DNA of 64,000 nucleotides. It comes from an uncultured Elusimicrobia bacterium (GTDB lineage Bacteria > Elusimicrobiota > Elusimicrobia > 2-01-FULL-59-12). The stretch spans positions 3,012 through 67,011 of the forward strand of contig CAZDML010000002.1 of assembly GCA_964506645.1 (NCBI GenBank). Reading direction: 5' to 3'. Shown here piece after piece: positions 35,201-45,300 of the stretch (position 1 is the stretch's first letter; each line of letters starts with the position of its first letter). Made by a program: the position numbers and the translations under genes. The notes under the pieces are model-generated. The model worked only from the letters and a program-made list of their open reading frames with translations. It did no database searches and was not told the origin of the DNA.

Positions 35201-37217
35201 GGTCAAGCAGTTCCGGCAGGTGGGCCAAGCGAGCGGCCATATCTGCACGCTCTTTTTCTTTGGCTTCCATCGTCTTCTGGAACTTAACGTCTTCTTCACG
35301 GCGCACAGCCATAAAAGCTTCAAGCGCTGCACGGCGTTCTTCAAATTTCTTGCGCAACCGCTCTTCCTGCTCCGCATTGCGCTTGCGCAGCATTTCTTCT
35401 TTGGCTTTGAAATCTTTTTCCAGCGTTTCAATGGCGTTACGGTGGTCAATCTCGTAGCTTTGGGACGATTCCTGAAGCTTGGTGATTTCGCGTTCAAGCG
35501 CACGCACGCGAGAGCGGGTCGCTTCCACCTGGCGCGAGAGCGCCGTTTCTTCCGTAGTGTATTTTCCTTTCAGCGCGGCTTCCTGAGTCGCAAGCGTGGC
35601 GGCGAGTTCTTTGATCGCCTGCTCTTTAAGTCTAATCTCTCCCTGGAAGCGCAGGCGCTGCTCCTGCAGTCCTTGTTCGGCTTCGCCTTTCTGACGTTCC
35701 AGCTCGACCGTTTCGGCCTGTAAAACACGTGCAGCATCTTCGTTCTGCTGCGTCAAATCCTGCAAGCGTTTTTGAGCACTGGCTTCCAGTGTCGCTTGTT
35801 CCTCGCGCAGCTCAACCGAGCGCGCTTCAAATTGTTTCAGCTTCTCCTTCTGCTGATCTTCCAACGCCTGGAGCTGAACCGCGAGCACTCGCTTTTGCTC
35901 ATTGATAGCACCCATGCGCTGCCCGTACTCTGAATCGAGTTTGCGTAGAGCCGTGCGGATGGATTCCTGAGTCTGGGTGAGTTCTGCTTCTTTATTTTCC
36001 AGGGAGATTTTCCAGCTCTGCTGTTCCTCTGCCAACTGACGCTGCACGGACTGCACCTGCGCTACGGCAGAGGCCACGGTCTCTTCTAAAATTTTCTGTG
36101 CCTGTTCCGCGCGGGTCTTGGCATCCGTTTCCACAAGCACTGATTTCATCTTAAGCTGCTGAATTTGTTCCTCGCGTGACTGCAAGAGCTGCTGCCAGGA
36201 TTGGTTTTCCTTTTCAAAATGGGCTTTGAGCGCGGTGAGTTTTTCCAACGCGCGGTCGTGTCGGTGCGTAATTTCTTGCAGACGCTTTTCCTGTTCGAGC
36301 TGCCAGGCGGTCTGACGTTCCTGCAGCGCCGAGTGCAGCCGAGTGCGTTCTTCTTCCTTCGACTTCATCGCTTCTTCCCAGGCTTTGCGGCGTTCGGCCC
36401 ACTGTTTCTCCAGCGTCTGCAAACGGGTTCGCCAGAGTTCTTCAGCCGCCTTCTTCTGCGCGTCCTGATCCTGCATTTCTTTCTGCAGGCCGGTCTCGCG
36501 GCGTGCCAGTTCCTGCTTGAGTGCCATCAGTTCTTCATCGCGGGCTTGGATCACTTCCTGCCATTTCTGGCGTTCCTGAAGGAGCCGGGCTTCCTGCACC
36601 TGCACCGATTCCTCGGCCTGGCGCAGCGCCTGCACACGGGATTCTTCTTCTTTGTCCGTGAGATTCTTTTTTTCGATGTGTTCGGCTTCCACCTGACGCG
36701 CGGCCTGTTCAAGCTTCTTTTCGCGGTCGGCAAGCTGGCGCGTCCAGGCCGCAGAATCTTCGTTCAGCTTGCGTTCGAGGAATTTAATTTCCCGCTGCGC
36801 ATCCTGCTGGAGAAACTGCAGGGACTGCTGATTGGATTCGCGCTTTGTCTTAAACGTGATATCGAGTTTTTCCAGCTGCGAGCGCGTCGCCTGGATTTCT
36901 TTATCCAAGTTCTGCAGGCGCACCTGCGCTTCGGCGCGTTCTTTGAGGATCAGGTCTTCGAGGTTCGGCTTATCGGATTTGGGAGTGGACCCGTCTTGGG
37001 CCGAACCGGCTTCCGGTGTGGCGGGCGTTTCTGCAGGAGGAGGTCCGGCCGGTTTTTTGACCGACCGTACTGTTTTGGGGGCTGTTGGTTTCGTGGAAAT
37101 GGGAGCTGACGGAACAGACGCCTCGGACGCAGGAGTGTCCTGAGCCTTGTCTTTCGAAGGCGCAGGATCTGCAGGTTTCTTCCCCCACAGGTTTCGGAAA
37201 CGGTCGGACATGGACAT
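32250..37217 (-). CDS. giant (~1656 aa) coiled-coil protein with a C-terminal TPR domain
   Basis: About 1550 aa of E/K/Q/R/L-rich predicted coiled coil, then TPR-like ..AHWGAAYQYLALAYHAQGDEQRAAEAVDRALSLDPSN... The start is MSMSDRFRNLW (ATG 37217-37215) with a GGGAG Shine-Dalgarno sequence. The track's upstream MHVKK start would lie inside the predicted promoter. Confidence 0.65.
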   Translation of the reverse strand: MSMSDRFRNLWGKKPADPAPSKDKAQDTPASEASVPSAPISTKPTAPKTVRSVKKPAGPPPAETPATPEAGSAQDGSTPKSDKPNLEDLILKERAEAQVRLQNLDKEIQATRSQLEKLDITFKTKRESNQQSLQFLQQDAQREIKFLERKLNEDSAAWTRQLADREKKLEQAARQVEAEHIEKKNLTDKEEESRVQALRQAEESVQVQEARLLQERQKWQEVIQARDEELMALKQELARRETGLQKEMQDQDAQKKAAEELWRTRLQTLEKQWAERRKAWEEAMKSKEEERTRLHSALQERQTAWQLEQEKRLQEITHRHDRALEKLTALKAHFEKENQSWQQLLQSREEQIQQLKMKSVLVETDAKTRAEQAQKILEETVASAVAQVQSVQRQLAEEQQSWKISLENKEAELTQTQESIRTALRKLDSEYGQRMGAINEQKRVLAVQLQALEDQQKEKLKQFEARSVELREEQATLEASAQKRLQDLTQQNEDAARVLQAETVELERQKGEAEQGLQEQRLRFQGEIRLKEQAIKELAATLATQEAALKGKYTTEETALSRQVEATRSRVRALEREITKLQESSQSYEIDHRNAIETLEKDFKAKEEMLRKRNAEQEERLRKKFEERRAALEAFMAVRREEDVKFQKTMEAKEKERADMAARLAHLPELLDQAMQEKRDACQRETAKAQSIILNLEKEIAQAREQYKASVQSKANQLGALRQNLETRYKELVAAAHEQEQMIDAERASMEKQLAAAQGDKERIQIYWRQEVDKKEKEKLALEAEIQKQEMLHAQKLEQEQKILDQQVQPLQDRYQQLQEALKDEKLTHDKQLFDLENEQKALKEQLQQITQKAKTERETRDTQFREARAEFKAKLDALRSEQEALVNSGKVQHAEKTLLVEQLEEQVRQQAVAHEAKKRELIHSATVKARTLQDMLQQIEGELKQSQAGFPQEIRVREERIAHIQQQLVKDQAKHQQTLDRYDRALSTLMRRGHDKEEKIKEQLVQLKEEWAKKCAARDSEITTLRSNLLAKEAEREGELDRLAKQFAEERFQLEKAKDELEWKLKDHKEVSERQLANREKEIRQLENELNRAKMQRDQQIVEKSTHFDTEKRKVQETLTALQTQTEKDRKSFESQLASKEQELEDLLTSSKDRLKVLGEEFNQKVNSWRSTNTALRTQIDQLKSHLAQAQDHWEALRKEKANEISELRQEVAQWDVRLQSEIKSLETAHDQDRQALLSQIRKREKELEELQAHYQRQVADKEAEMSRAVAEIQKRESSEELQWGSSLEQWQNEKQALDQEKRQLEEDIQQLQKHAEQEVRRMEESMTKLHMELSLKESEMETQQERLKGQIETDLEPLRVQLAHLKEVTQQQQSTWESQLHIKEEDLRVAKNRLEWRDRRLQEEAEKRRKELEKLKKQSTEELNRVRQHHKTEQARVATQLKTVQTQLAAMQERDMQSSKNAAARDASAQHALEAQRRQLETQIKQIQDQQAEMKKHFDTLIKERETLFTQLMTQIEKQDKEMTALRDSTRKLVDNLRTQVEGLKDGVLSPTSAKTERLGAAAWSSFEAGVHFYQAQQWPDAIRSFQECLEKNAHWGAAYQYLALAYHAQGDEQRAAEAVDRALSLDPSNTQLSTWASRLRASLDLKKKPKAS

Positions 37218-37237
37218 AGGTTTATTCTCCCGCAGTG

Positions 37238-37265
37238 AGTTTAGTCCGTATTGACAGCATTTCAA
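37238..37265 (-). promoter_or_regulatory. candidate sigma70-type promoter of the coiled-coil operon: -35 TTGAAA (37265-37260), 16-nt spacer, -10 TAAACT (37243-37238)
   Basis: Read on the minus strand inside the 37218-37404 gap. It is followed by GGGAGAATAAACCT-ATG. Further upstream are an AT-rich block and the CTCAG/CTGAG motif array. Confidence 0.35.
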
Positions 37266-37367
37266 GGCTTTTTTTACATGCAACGAAATGGGGAGAAATG
37301 GCCCAAAACAGCTCAGAATGCAGAATTCAATGCTCAGAGCGATAAAAAGACTACCTATATATAAGAT

Positions 37368-37395
37368 TTCTGGGTTCTGAGCCCTGAGTACTGAG
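37368..37395. repeat. 28-nt tandem heptamer array (TTCTGGG TTCTGAG CCCTGAG TACTGAG), intergenic; preceded at 37312-37338 by two copies of GCTCAGA in opposite orientation
   Basis: Seen directly in the sequence. It matches 24 of 28 positions of the array at 14747-14774. Confidence 0.6.
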
Positions 37396-37404
37396 GTGCG
37401 CCTG

Positions 37405-39021
37405 TTATTCCGGGCGCAACTGCTTCATGAACTCGCTGATTTCTTTGTCGTTGGGGTCGATTTCCAGCACGCGGCTCCAGAGCTTGCGAGCGCGGGTATG
37501 GTCATCGAGCAGGAAGAAGGCAGAGCCCATGATCTTCATGGACGTCACATCGTTCGGGTTTAGATCCAGGATGTCCTGGCATTTCTTGATGGCGACATCG
37601 TACTTGCCTTCCAGAATCGCCTGGCGAGCATCGAAGATCTTCTGATCGACCGGGCTGAAGAGTTCCGGACCCTTCGGCCGTTCGGTCTTGTCAAGATTGG
37701 TGTCAGCTTCCATCTTGTTGAGGAGCGACAGGAGCTTCTCGTTGCGCGGATCTTTGAAGTACGCCTGACGCAAAGCAGCAATCGCGCTCTTGGTGTCGTC
37801 GTTGACGTAAGAGAGCACGCCCTTGCGCACCATCGCCGCCGATTCCTCATTACCCATGGCTGACGGTACGTTCGCCACCACTTTCTGGAATTTCTCAACG
37901 AGCACCTGGACTTTCTTGTTTGACGGATCCACGTCCAAGGACGCCTGCAGCTGTTCCTGCGCTGCCAGGAAGTTCCCGGCTTCCATTGCCTTGTAGGCTT
38001 TTTGGATGAGCGCATGGACGTTTTCTTCGCGGCGTTCCAGGACGGAACGGCCAAATTTAAAGGAGACGGAGATGCGGCTTGAGGTTCCCAAGGTGTGCAG
38101 GCCCAAGGCATAGTCAAAGGTCAAGCTCTTTATGGAATAGCCAAAACCCACATCGGTTTCGCGCAGGCCTTCACCCAAGTCGTATTGAATCCCCACACGG
38201 CCTTTGAATTTCTTTGTAAAGCCAAATTCCCCACCCAAATGGAGTCCGGTGTTGGCCGCGAGGTTTTTATCGATATCTGTCGAAAGCAAGAGGCGGCGTT
38301 TGAAGAACTGGTCGGAAAAACCGAAGCGGAAAACCAGAGGCAGTGTGTCGGACGTATCGCCCGAGGTCTTGGCGTAGACGTCCCGGATGGTCAGACCAAA
38401 GCGACGCAGACCATCGCGCGTATCGAGCAGAGCCCCCAGGTCAGCTGCCAGAGAAGAATCGGACGAGGTATCCACAGCACGAGTGATCTGGCGAATCGAG
38501 GTTCCAATTGCCACATGGTCGACCACCTTGCGGCCGTAGGAGAAGCTGTTGGCCGATTCGCTCACCTGGAAGCCACCGCCCTTTTCTACGCTCGTATAGG
38601 TCTGCGTGTTTGGGTCGATTTTGGCGGTCACACGTTCAAAGCCGCCGCTGGAGAGTTGTGTCATGCTGACGCCCCAGGCGCTGCCTCCCTTCTTGGACGG
38701 ATGCACATAGGAGTAGAAATTGTATTTGGTTTCACCGTAGAGGGTGGCCTGCAGGAGGGTCAATTCTTTGCGGGTGAGCTGGGACATGCCCGCCGGGTTC
38801 CAGTAGGTGGCGCTGGCATCATCCGCAACGCTGACGAAGGCACCGCCCATGGCCAGGCTGCGGGCGCCGGCGCCGTAGGACAGGAATTCCGTCACCTGGC
38901 CGCCGGTGGCTTCAGTGTGGCCAATCGACGGAACGAGTGCGATGAACAAAATTAAAACGCACGCTCTCTGTAGAGAGAACATGCGCCCAAAAAACCCAGC
39001 AAAGGTCTTCGTTAAGTTCAT
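37405..39021 (-). CDS. FadL/PorV-family-like outer-membrane beta-barrel (N-terminal ~330 aa) fused to C-terminal TPR repeats
   Basis: Signal peptide (..CVLILFIALVPSIGHTEA). The N-terminal motif ..FLSYGAGARSLAMGGAFVSVADDASATYWNPAGMS.. matches the FadL/TodX/PorV family plug-hatch region (FadL: ..GLGRAYSGEGAIADDA..NPA..). Alternating beta-strand patterns follow to about residue 330. The C-terminal 200 aa are TPR-like (..AYKAMEAGNFLAAQEQLQASLDVDPSN.., ..ILEGKYDVAIKKCQDILDLNPND..). No Shine-Dalgarno-like sequence. Confidence 0.5.
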   Translation of the reverse strand: MNLTKTFAGFFGRMFSLQRACVLILFIALVPSIGHTEATGGQVTEFLSYGAGARSLAMGGAFVSVADDASATYWNPAGMSQLTRKELTLLQATLYGETKYNFYSYVHPSKKGGSAWGVSMTQLSSGGFERVTAKIDPNTQTYTSVEKGGGFQVSESANSFSYGRKVVDHVAIGTSIRQITRAVDTSSDSSLAADLGALLDTRDGLRRFGLTIRDVYAKTSGDTSDTLPLVFRFGFSDQFFKRRLLLSTDIDKNLAANTGLHLGGEFGFTKKFKGRVGIQYDLGEGLRETDVGFGYSIKSLTFDYALGLHTLGTSSRISVSFKFGRSVLERREENVHALIQKAYKAMEAGNFLAAQEQLQASLDVDPSNKKVQVLVEKFQKVVANVPSAMGNEESAAMVRKGVLSYVNDDTKSAIAALRQAYFKDPRNEKLLSLLNKMEADTNLDKTERPKGPELFSPVDQKIFDARQAILEGKYDVAIKKCQDILDLNPNDVTSMKIMGSAFFLLDDHTRARKLWSRVLEIDPNDKEISEFMKQLRPE

Positions 39022-39336
39022 CGTTTATTCGGTAACCCCGCTATCCGCCTAACTTCAGGAGAGGACCGGAGGCTTTGCGTCGCCAGATTTCTCTGACTTT
39101 GCCGTTATCGTGAACGACTTAAATACACGTCCCGTGCTACAGAATGAGTTTAAACTTGGAACTATTAAAAAGCTATTGAAAAATCAATCTGTTAATGTAA
39201 ATTACCTGTCAAGCACCCTAATTTTAGATATTCAAAATCAGGCTGATTTTTAAGCTTGTTTTAAATGCTTGTGTAAACTGTGATTTTTCTGTGAGGGGGC
39301 CCGATTGAAGGAAAATCTAGGGAGAGTTATGGGAGA
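39022..39336 (-). promoter_or_regulatory. 315-bp AT-rich intergenic region between the giant gene and the PorV-like gene; contains a perfect TTGACA hexamer (minus strand, 39212-39207) and other -35/-10-like elements
   Basis: This is the largest non-coding stretch in the window and is markedly AT-rich (39120-39300) relative to the rest of the window. The motifs were read directly. Confidence 0.3.
39233..39251 (-). terminator. possible intrinsic terminator hairpin downstream of the giant gene (AAAATCAG-GC-CTGATTTT, perfect 8-bp inverted repeat)
   Basis: Inverted repeat read directly at 39234-39250, 85 nt after the giant gene stop. The minus-strand RNA would form the stem followed by a weak U/A-rich tract (GAAUAUCUAAAAUU). 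Confidence 0.3.
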
Positions 39337-42300
39337 CTAGTGGATAACCCCGATCTTGCGGATAACCGTCGCGGAACCCTTCTGACCGCCGGCCTTAATC
39401 TGAGCCAAATAGCCGCCCTTCGATACTTTCTGACCGGCTTCGTTCGTGCCATCCCATCCGCCCGGAGGCACCGTATTCGGGCCCTGACGACCGCCTTCAG
39501 TACCACCTGGGAAGCTCCAGTGCATGACGCGGTAGCCGAGCAAGTCGTAGATCGTAATTTCTACATCGGCGTCGCCAGCCAATAGATAGGTAATGAAGGT
39601 CTTCCCTTCCAGACCACCCTTACGTGTATCCACCGGGTTCGGGTAGTTCGACACTTCCGAGATGATGTCTTCCGGCAGACCCGTGTTTACCGTCTCAGAA
39701 ATCGTCGACCATTCGCTGGCCGTCCCGGCGCCGTTGATCGTCTGAATCTGCCAGCGGTAGAAATTGTTCGGCGAACGTGCCGCACCTGTTTCCCCATTTA
39801 GGTAGACCAACGGTGAGGTGGTGCTAGCGCCGCCAATGCTGGCTGCACCGCCTGGCGCATGCAGACTGTAGGCAGGCGCGTTGTTGTTGATGTTCGATCC
39901 GAAGGTGTAGCTCGGAGTCGAGGTCATGATAATTTCTGTCGGCACAGGACTCGTTCCTTCGAACTGACGGATCTTGTAAGCGAAGATGCCCGACGGGCCG
40001 TAATCCGACGGCACCGGCCACTGCAGGGTGACGATACCGGTGTTGGACGTCTTCGGCAGATTGATGAACTTCGACGGTGGCGCAGGCTTCGTGACATCGA
40101 CATGCACAGTGCCCATCATCACCGGCGATGGCGGCAATGTCAGGCCGTTGATCGTAGTAATCGTGCGCACGAAGAAGTAATAGGTCTTCGTATCTTCCAG
40201 ACCCAAACCGGTCAGCGTGATCGGAGGCGTCTGACTCAGCGAGACCCAGCCGGTCAAGCTCGGAGCAATCGTCGTATTGCTTGACGCGCTCATACCCACC
40301 TGATAGGTCACGGTCACATTGGCCGGCAGAGACGGAGGCACCGTGGTCCAGTGCGCGGAGATCGCACCCTGATCATGGACCCAAGCTTCCGGCATATAGA
40401 CGCCTTCCAGTCCCGAGACAGTGCTGGTCGTTAAATCCGGACGCATGGTCACGGTGCCCACTTGCACTGTCTGGAAGTTAAAGATTGGCACAAGAGCGCT
40501 GCGAATCGGGTAGACGTTGCTTTGATCCTGCAGCGCGGTGAGCGGAGTCATGGTTATAGCGCCTGCAGAGGCCACTGAAATGCCTGCACTATGGCCCTGG
40601 GTCGCCGCACCGGATCCGTCGACGGTACCGATATCTGCGGAGACTAGCAGCGTAGCCCCCGACGTATTAATGCTCACTGCTGTCGAGAACGGAATGGTCG
40701 CCAGTCCACCGATAAATCCACTGGAGGTCGTGCCCCATGGCAGCGAGCCCAAGAGTGAATCGCCGGCGTCCAGCTTCCCGTTATAGTTGGTATCCAGATG
40801 CACATAAAGTCTCGAGAAGTCGCCATCCCCCACCAAGTTGGGCGGAGTTCCCGTCGACGTGGTAATGGTGCCCAGTTGCGTTAAGGTCAACGAGCTCACC
40901 ACCACTTGATTGATACTGGGCTGGATGGTCACACTCATCAATGGAACACTCGCCTCGCCTTCCAATGCCGACCCCGGAGCCAGCGATTGGCCGCTCACGC
41001 GCACTGTCAGCGGGCTGATGGTCACCTGGCGCGATTCCACGGGGATGCCATTCGGCAGCATCTGATCGACACCGATCGGCGTGAACGAACCGCCGAACCA
41101 GCCTGGATCAATAATCGTCAGACCTTCCGTGTTGTTTGAGGTCGCGCCCGTCGCGATATCGTACGCTACAAAGTAGGTTTGTGTCGTGGGGCTCAAGAGC
41201 TGATCTTTAATCGTCAGCTGCACCGTCTTGGGATTGGTGCCATTCGGGTCCGGCTGCACGAAGGTGCCCGAGCTGATCAATTCATCCGTCGTCGGCTCCA
41301 GGATGCCATTGAAATTCACGTCACGGTACACTTTCACGAGTCCAATATCGTCATTGGAACCCTGGGTCTGCACGGCGCCGGCACCTTTGCGCGAGATCTT
41401 GAGCGTGTTAAACAACGCCGTAGATACATTCGAGCGCAGAGAGAATTTCAGGATTGGAATGTCTTTATCGCCCTGTGTCGCATACACCGGCGTAATGCTC
41501 GTATCTGGTGAAAACGACACTTGATCCGGATATTCCGAGAACGCCGCCAGTTTTGTCGTCAGCGGCGGATTGGCCGAGAGTGTCACAAGGTCCGGTGTGA
41601 TCACAGCGAAGGATGTCGTCGCCGATATAAGTCCTCCAATACTCACCGCTTCGCCCGCATCCTGTACACCGTTGTTATTCAGATCGCGGTAGACCGGCAC
41701 AAACGGGTTAATGTCATAGGTAATGAAGTAGTTCATCCCCGTAATCTTATCGGTCACATTCGGAATAATCTGCTGCGCCGTAAAGGTAATGGCGCGTACG
41801 CTGTTCGTAAAGTTATCGGTGCCCGGAGTAATCTGACCCGGTTTTGTCCCCGCATCACTGACCAGGGTATCATTCACCACGCCGCGAACATTGGTCGCAA
41901 TCGCATGCACCGCCGCAGTGGTGCCCAGGAAACCGCGGGTGAGACCGGTGAAGTTGCCCGCCAAGTCGTTGTTCGCATAGCGAATGAGTTCGCTACCGAC
42001 CAACAGTACAGCCGGACCGATAGGGAAAGACGTCGAGACAGCCACCTGCAAGCTTGAATCCGACGCCGTGATGGCCTGAGACAGTGTTGAGAGCGGAAGG
42101 GTGTTGCCATCATCGAAGATGCCGTTGTCATTGATATCTTTCCACACGTTCATGCGCAGGACATCGCCGTCGTCGGGTTTAGCGCCTGTACGGGTGAGTG
42201 TAAGGCCGGTCCAGATGACGGTGTTTTGATTGACCTTCAAATTCATCTTCGCTACCGGCACATTTGTTGCATTCTGCTGAATGACCGTCGGCAGGAGATC

Positions 42301-45300
42301 CGTAAAGACAACGGTCATCGTATCAACCGTCGCGCCAATCACATGGTCGCCCGTCTGCATCGGGAAGTTGGTCGGCATGACCGAGTGGATCCCGTCGCCG
42401 GCGACAAGCGCCCCCACGGTGAAAGCGTCTTTGGTGATCGCGTTCAGTGCGAAAGCATGACCCGCCGTAGCCGACTGGCTAATATCCGCCACAACCCAGT
42501 ACGTCGCCGGCGCAGTACTAATGAGCACATACCCCGGACTGCCGAGGTTTGGATCATTGACAGCCAAATGAATCGAGCCAAACTGAGACACACCACTGCC
42601 GACCAGGGTGTTCTGAATACCAATTTCTCCATCGGACGTACGGTAGAGCGTGTCCCCGCTATACACTTTCACCGCTGAGAGATCGCTGTCAGCACCTGAA
42701 AGGCCGCCCGGTGTGCGTCCCAGATCCAGCGAGAACCAGCGGATGTTGTAGTCGTCGATATCCTGCAATGAGAATTTGATCAGCGCTACGTTGCGCATGC
42801 CCTGCGTGTAGTTCACACCGATATAGTTCGGCTGTTCCACGCTGTTCACATAGGTATAGGTCGAGTGGATGGCCGGCGGCGTCGTGCAGGAACCAGACAC
42901 GCAGCGCGAGAGACCCGTAAGCACGTTGCCCAAGATGCCGGTATAGCCCAGCACTTCGGCGTCAATCACCATCAAACCGCTGGTCGGCATACCGCTAGAG
43001 GTGTTCAAGGTGGCCGTCACATCGTTGCTCATGACCGGCGCCAAGAGGTGCGGCAGTGGATAGTTGCCCGTATCTGTTGAGAAGTAATAGGTCGAGCTGG
43101 CCTGCAAGCGCTGCGGTTTGGGAATAATCGTACGCAGTTTCGAGCTGGCAGGCATGTTCGTGCCCGACATCGTATTGGGCGCTGAGATGTTCACAAAGAC
43201 CGGCGAGCTCACGGTGACACCGATCGTGTTCTGCGGGGTCGCAATATTGGCCATATCGAAGGTGATGAAATAGTTGTTGAGTTTGCGGACGGCCGTATCT
43301 ACTTTGAGCGGGCCGGTCGTCAGGTCGTTCAAATCCGTGGAATACGTCACGGTATCGAAGTTAATGCGTGCCAGGCCGGCGGCCGGGTTACCAAATACCC
43401 CTGAGCCCAGGGGTGGCGAGTCGACGGCGACGTTAAAGATACCGGTGCCTGCACGGTCGTACCATACTTTGACACTTGTAATATCGCTGTCGGCAGCCGT
43501 TCCCGCGCGCGACACCGTGATACCGGTAAACCCAGCACGGGCATGGTTGGTGCGCATATCGAAGCGTAGGACGGCCTGATTGGTTGCACCTTGCTGCAGG
43601 TAATCGCCGACCGTTGTATTTGTGGAGGTCAGCACCACCGTATCCACATATTCCTTGACGTTGGTGATATAGGTTCCCGCCGTCTGTCCGAGAGGCGGCA
43701 GCCCGATATTGCCCGAATGATTACCCACCAAATCCGGCGTATCAACAACGAAGTACGAGGTCGATGCAATTTCTACACCGAGAGAATCCTGCGAGTTTAC
43801 ATTCGCCAGGTAATTAATATCCATGACGATAAAGTAATTCTTCGGTGTGACAAGAATTTCCTGACCATTTAAAATACCGTTTGGATCGACCAGATCCAGA
43901 TAGGCCTGGCCCTCCACATCCGTGCCTGCCGTATGGGCAGCGGCCACGGTGCCACTGCTGGCGCGCACCACACCCGTCAACTTGTTGTTTGTCAAATCCA
44001 AAGCGGTATAGGTCATTTGCTCATCATCAATCCAGACCAGACCCGGAGCCGGCGGATAGGCACTGGCGTCGTTGACCGGAATCACGGTGGTGGATGCATC
44101 GACATCCGCGGTCAACACTTCATGCGGAAACTCATAGACTTTGGATGTGGACGTCACCAGTGTATCGGCATTCACTTCAAACAAGCCGTCATTGTTGTTG
44201 TCGTAATACACGCGGATCGCATCAATATCACGAGCATGGTTAAAGCCGTTCGGATTGCCACGATCCAGTCGCAGATGGTTCCAGATCGCGCTGTTCACTA
44301 AGCCGCCCCCAAGCGGGTTGCGCACGGCCAGTGTCATCTTCATCGCGACCACATCGGTGTCTCCCTGGGTCGCCACTTGGCCAATGTTAAAACCGTTGGC
44401 CGGGTCGTTCACACGGGTCAGATCCAGTTCGTCCGTGCTCGGCTGGACAGGCACCTGCGTAGAATTAATTTGTGAGAATGCGCCCACGGTCCCATCGGCA
44501 GGGAAGATATCGGACGGGTTACGGACAGACGCGCCTTGTGTATTAAGCGACGCTGATGGGCTTAAGTGATACGCGATAAAGACATAGCTGGTCGTCGGCG
44601 TCACGATCAAATTGGAATTGAGTGTAATCGAGGTGACTTGGTTCACAAACGTGGCACCGCTGGTGATATCGCAGTTATCCAGCGATGGGGTAAAGACGCC
44701 ATCGCTGTTACAATCTTTATAGATTTTCACGTCCGCGATATCCGTGTCGTCTCCGGTTCCCGTGCGGCTGACACGGATACGGTTCACCGCACCCTGGAAG
44801 GCATCGGTCCAGAAACCCAGGCGCAACATGCCAACCTGGTCGCTTCCCTGGCTGACATAATTTTGTTGTCCGAGCCCTGTCCCCGGATCCCACCAAGCAG
44901 CAAGATCCTGTCCATCCACGCGAATCGTAGCGGGCTGACGAAGAACGGGCGAGGTGCTCGTAACCACAGGGAAGTTGTTACTGGCCATACCCAGACCCAC
45001 CACTGTGACTTGGCTGGCGGCCGTGACTTTGAGACCGAGGTTGGCTGGCAGTGCAGTCACCACATCGCTGGCCACACGGACTGAGACAAAGTAGTTCTTT
45101 GCAGAAGCCGCTGTAATCGGCAAGCTCAGGTTCGCAAACGTAGCGACTCCATTTACGAACGTCGTGCTACTGACCATCGGATCCGGCTGGACTCCTTGAT
45201 AGGTCGATTCTGGCTGGAATTTCCCGTCGTTGTTAATATCGTAGTTCAGATCCAGCTCTGCAATGTCACTATCGGCGAGCGCCCCCGACGCTAGATTCTT

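Noticed and set aside
37218-37283. Upstream start MHVKKALKCCQYGLNSLRENKP for the 1677-aa coiled-coil ORF
   Set aside because: This extension overlaps the predicted -35/-10 promoter elements and has no Shine-Dalgarno sequence. The internal MSMSDRF start has a GGGAG Shine-Dalgarno sequence at the right spacing.
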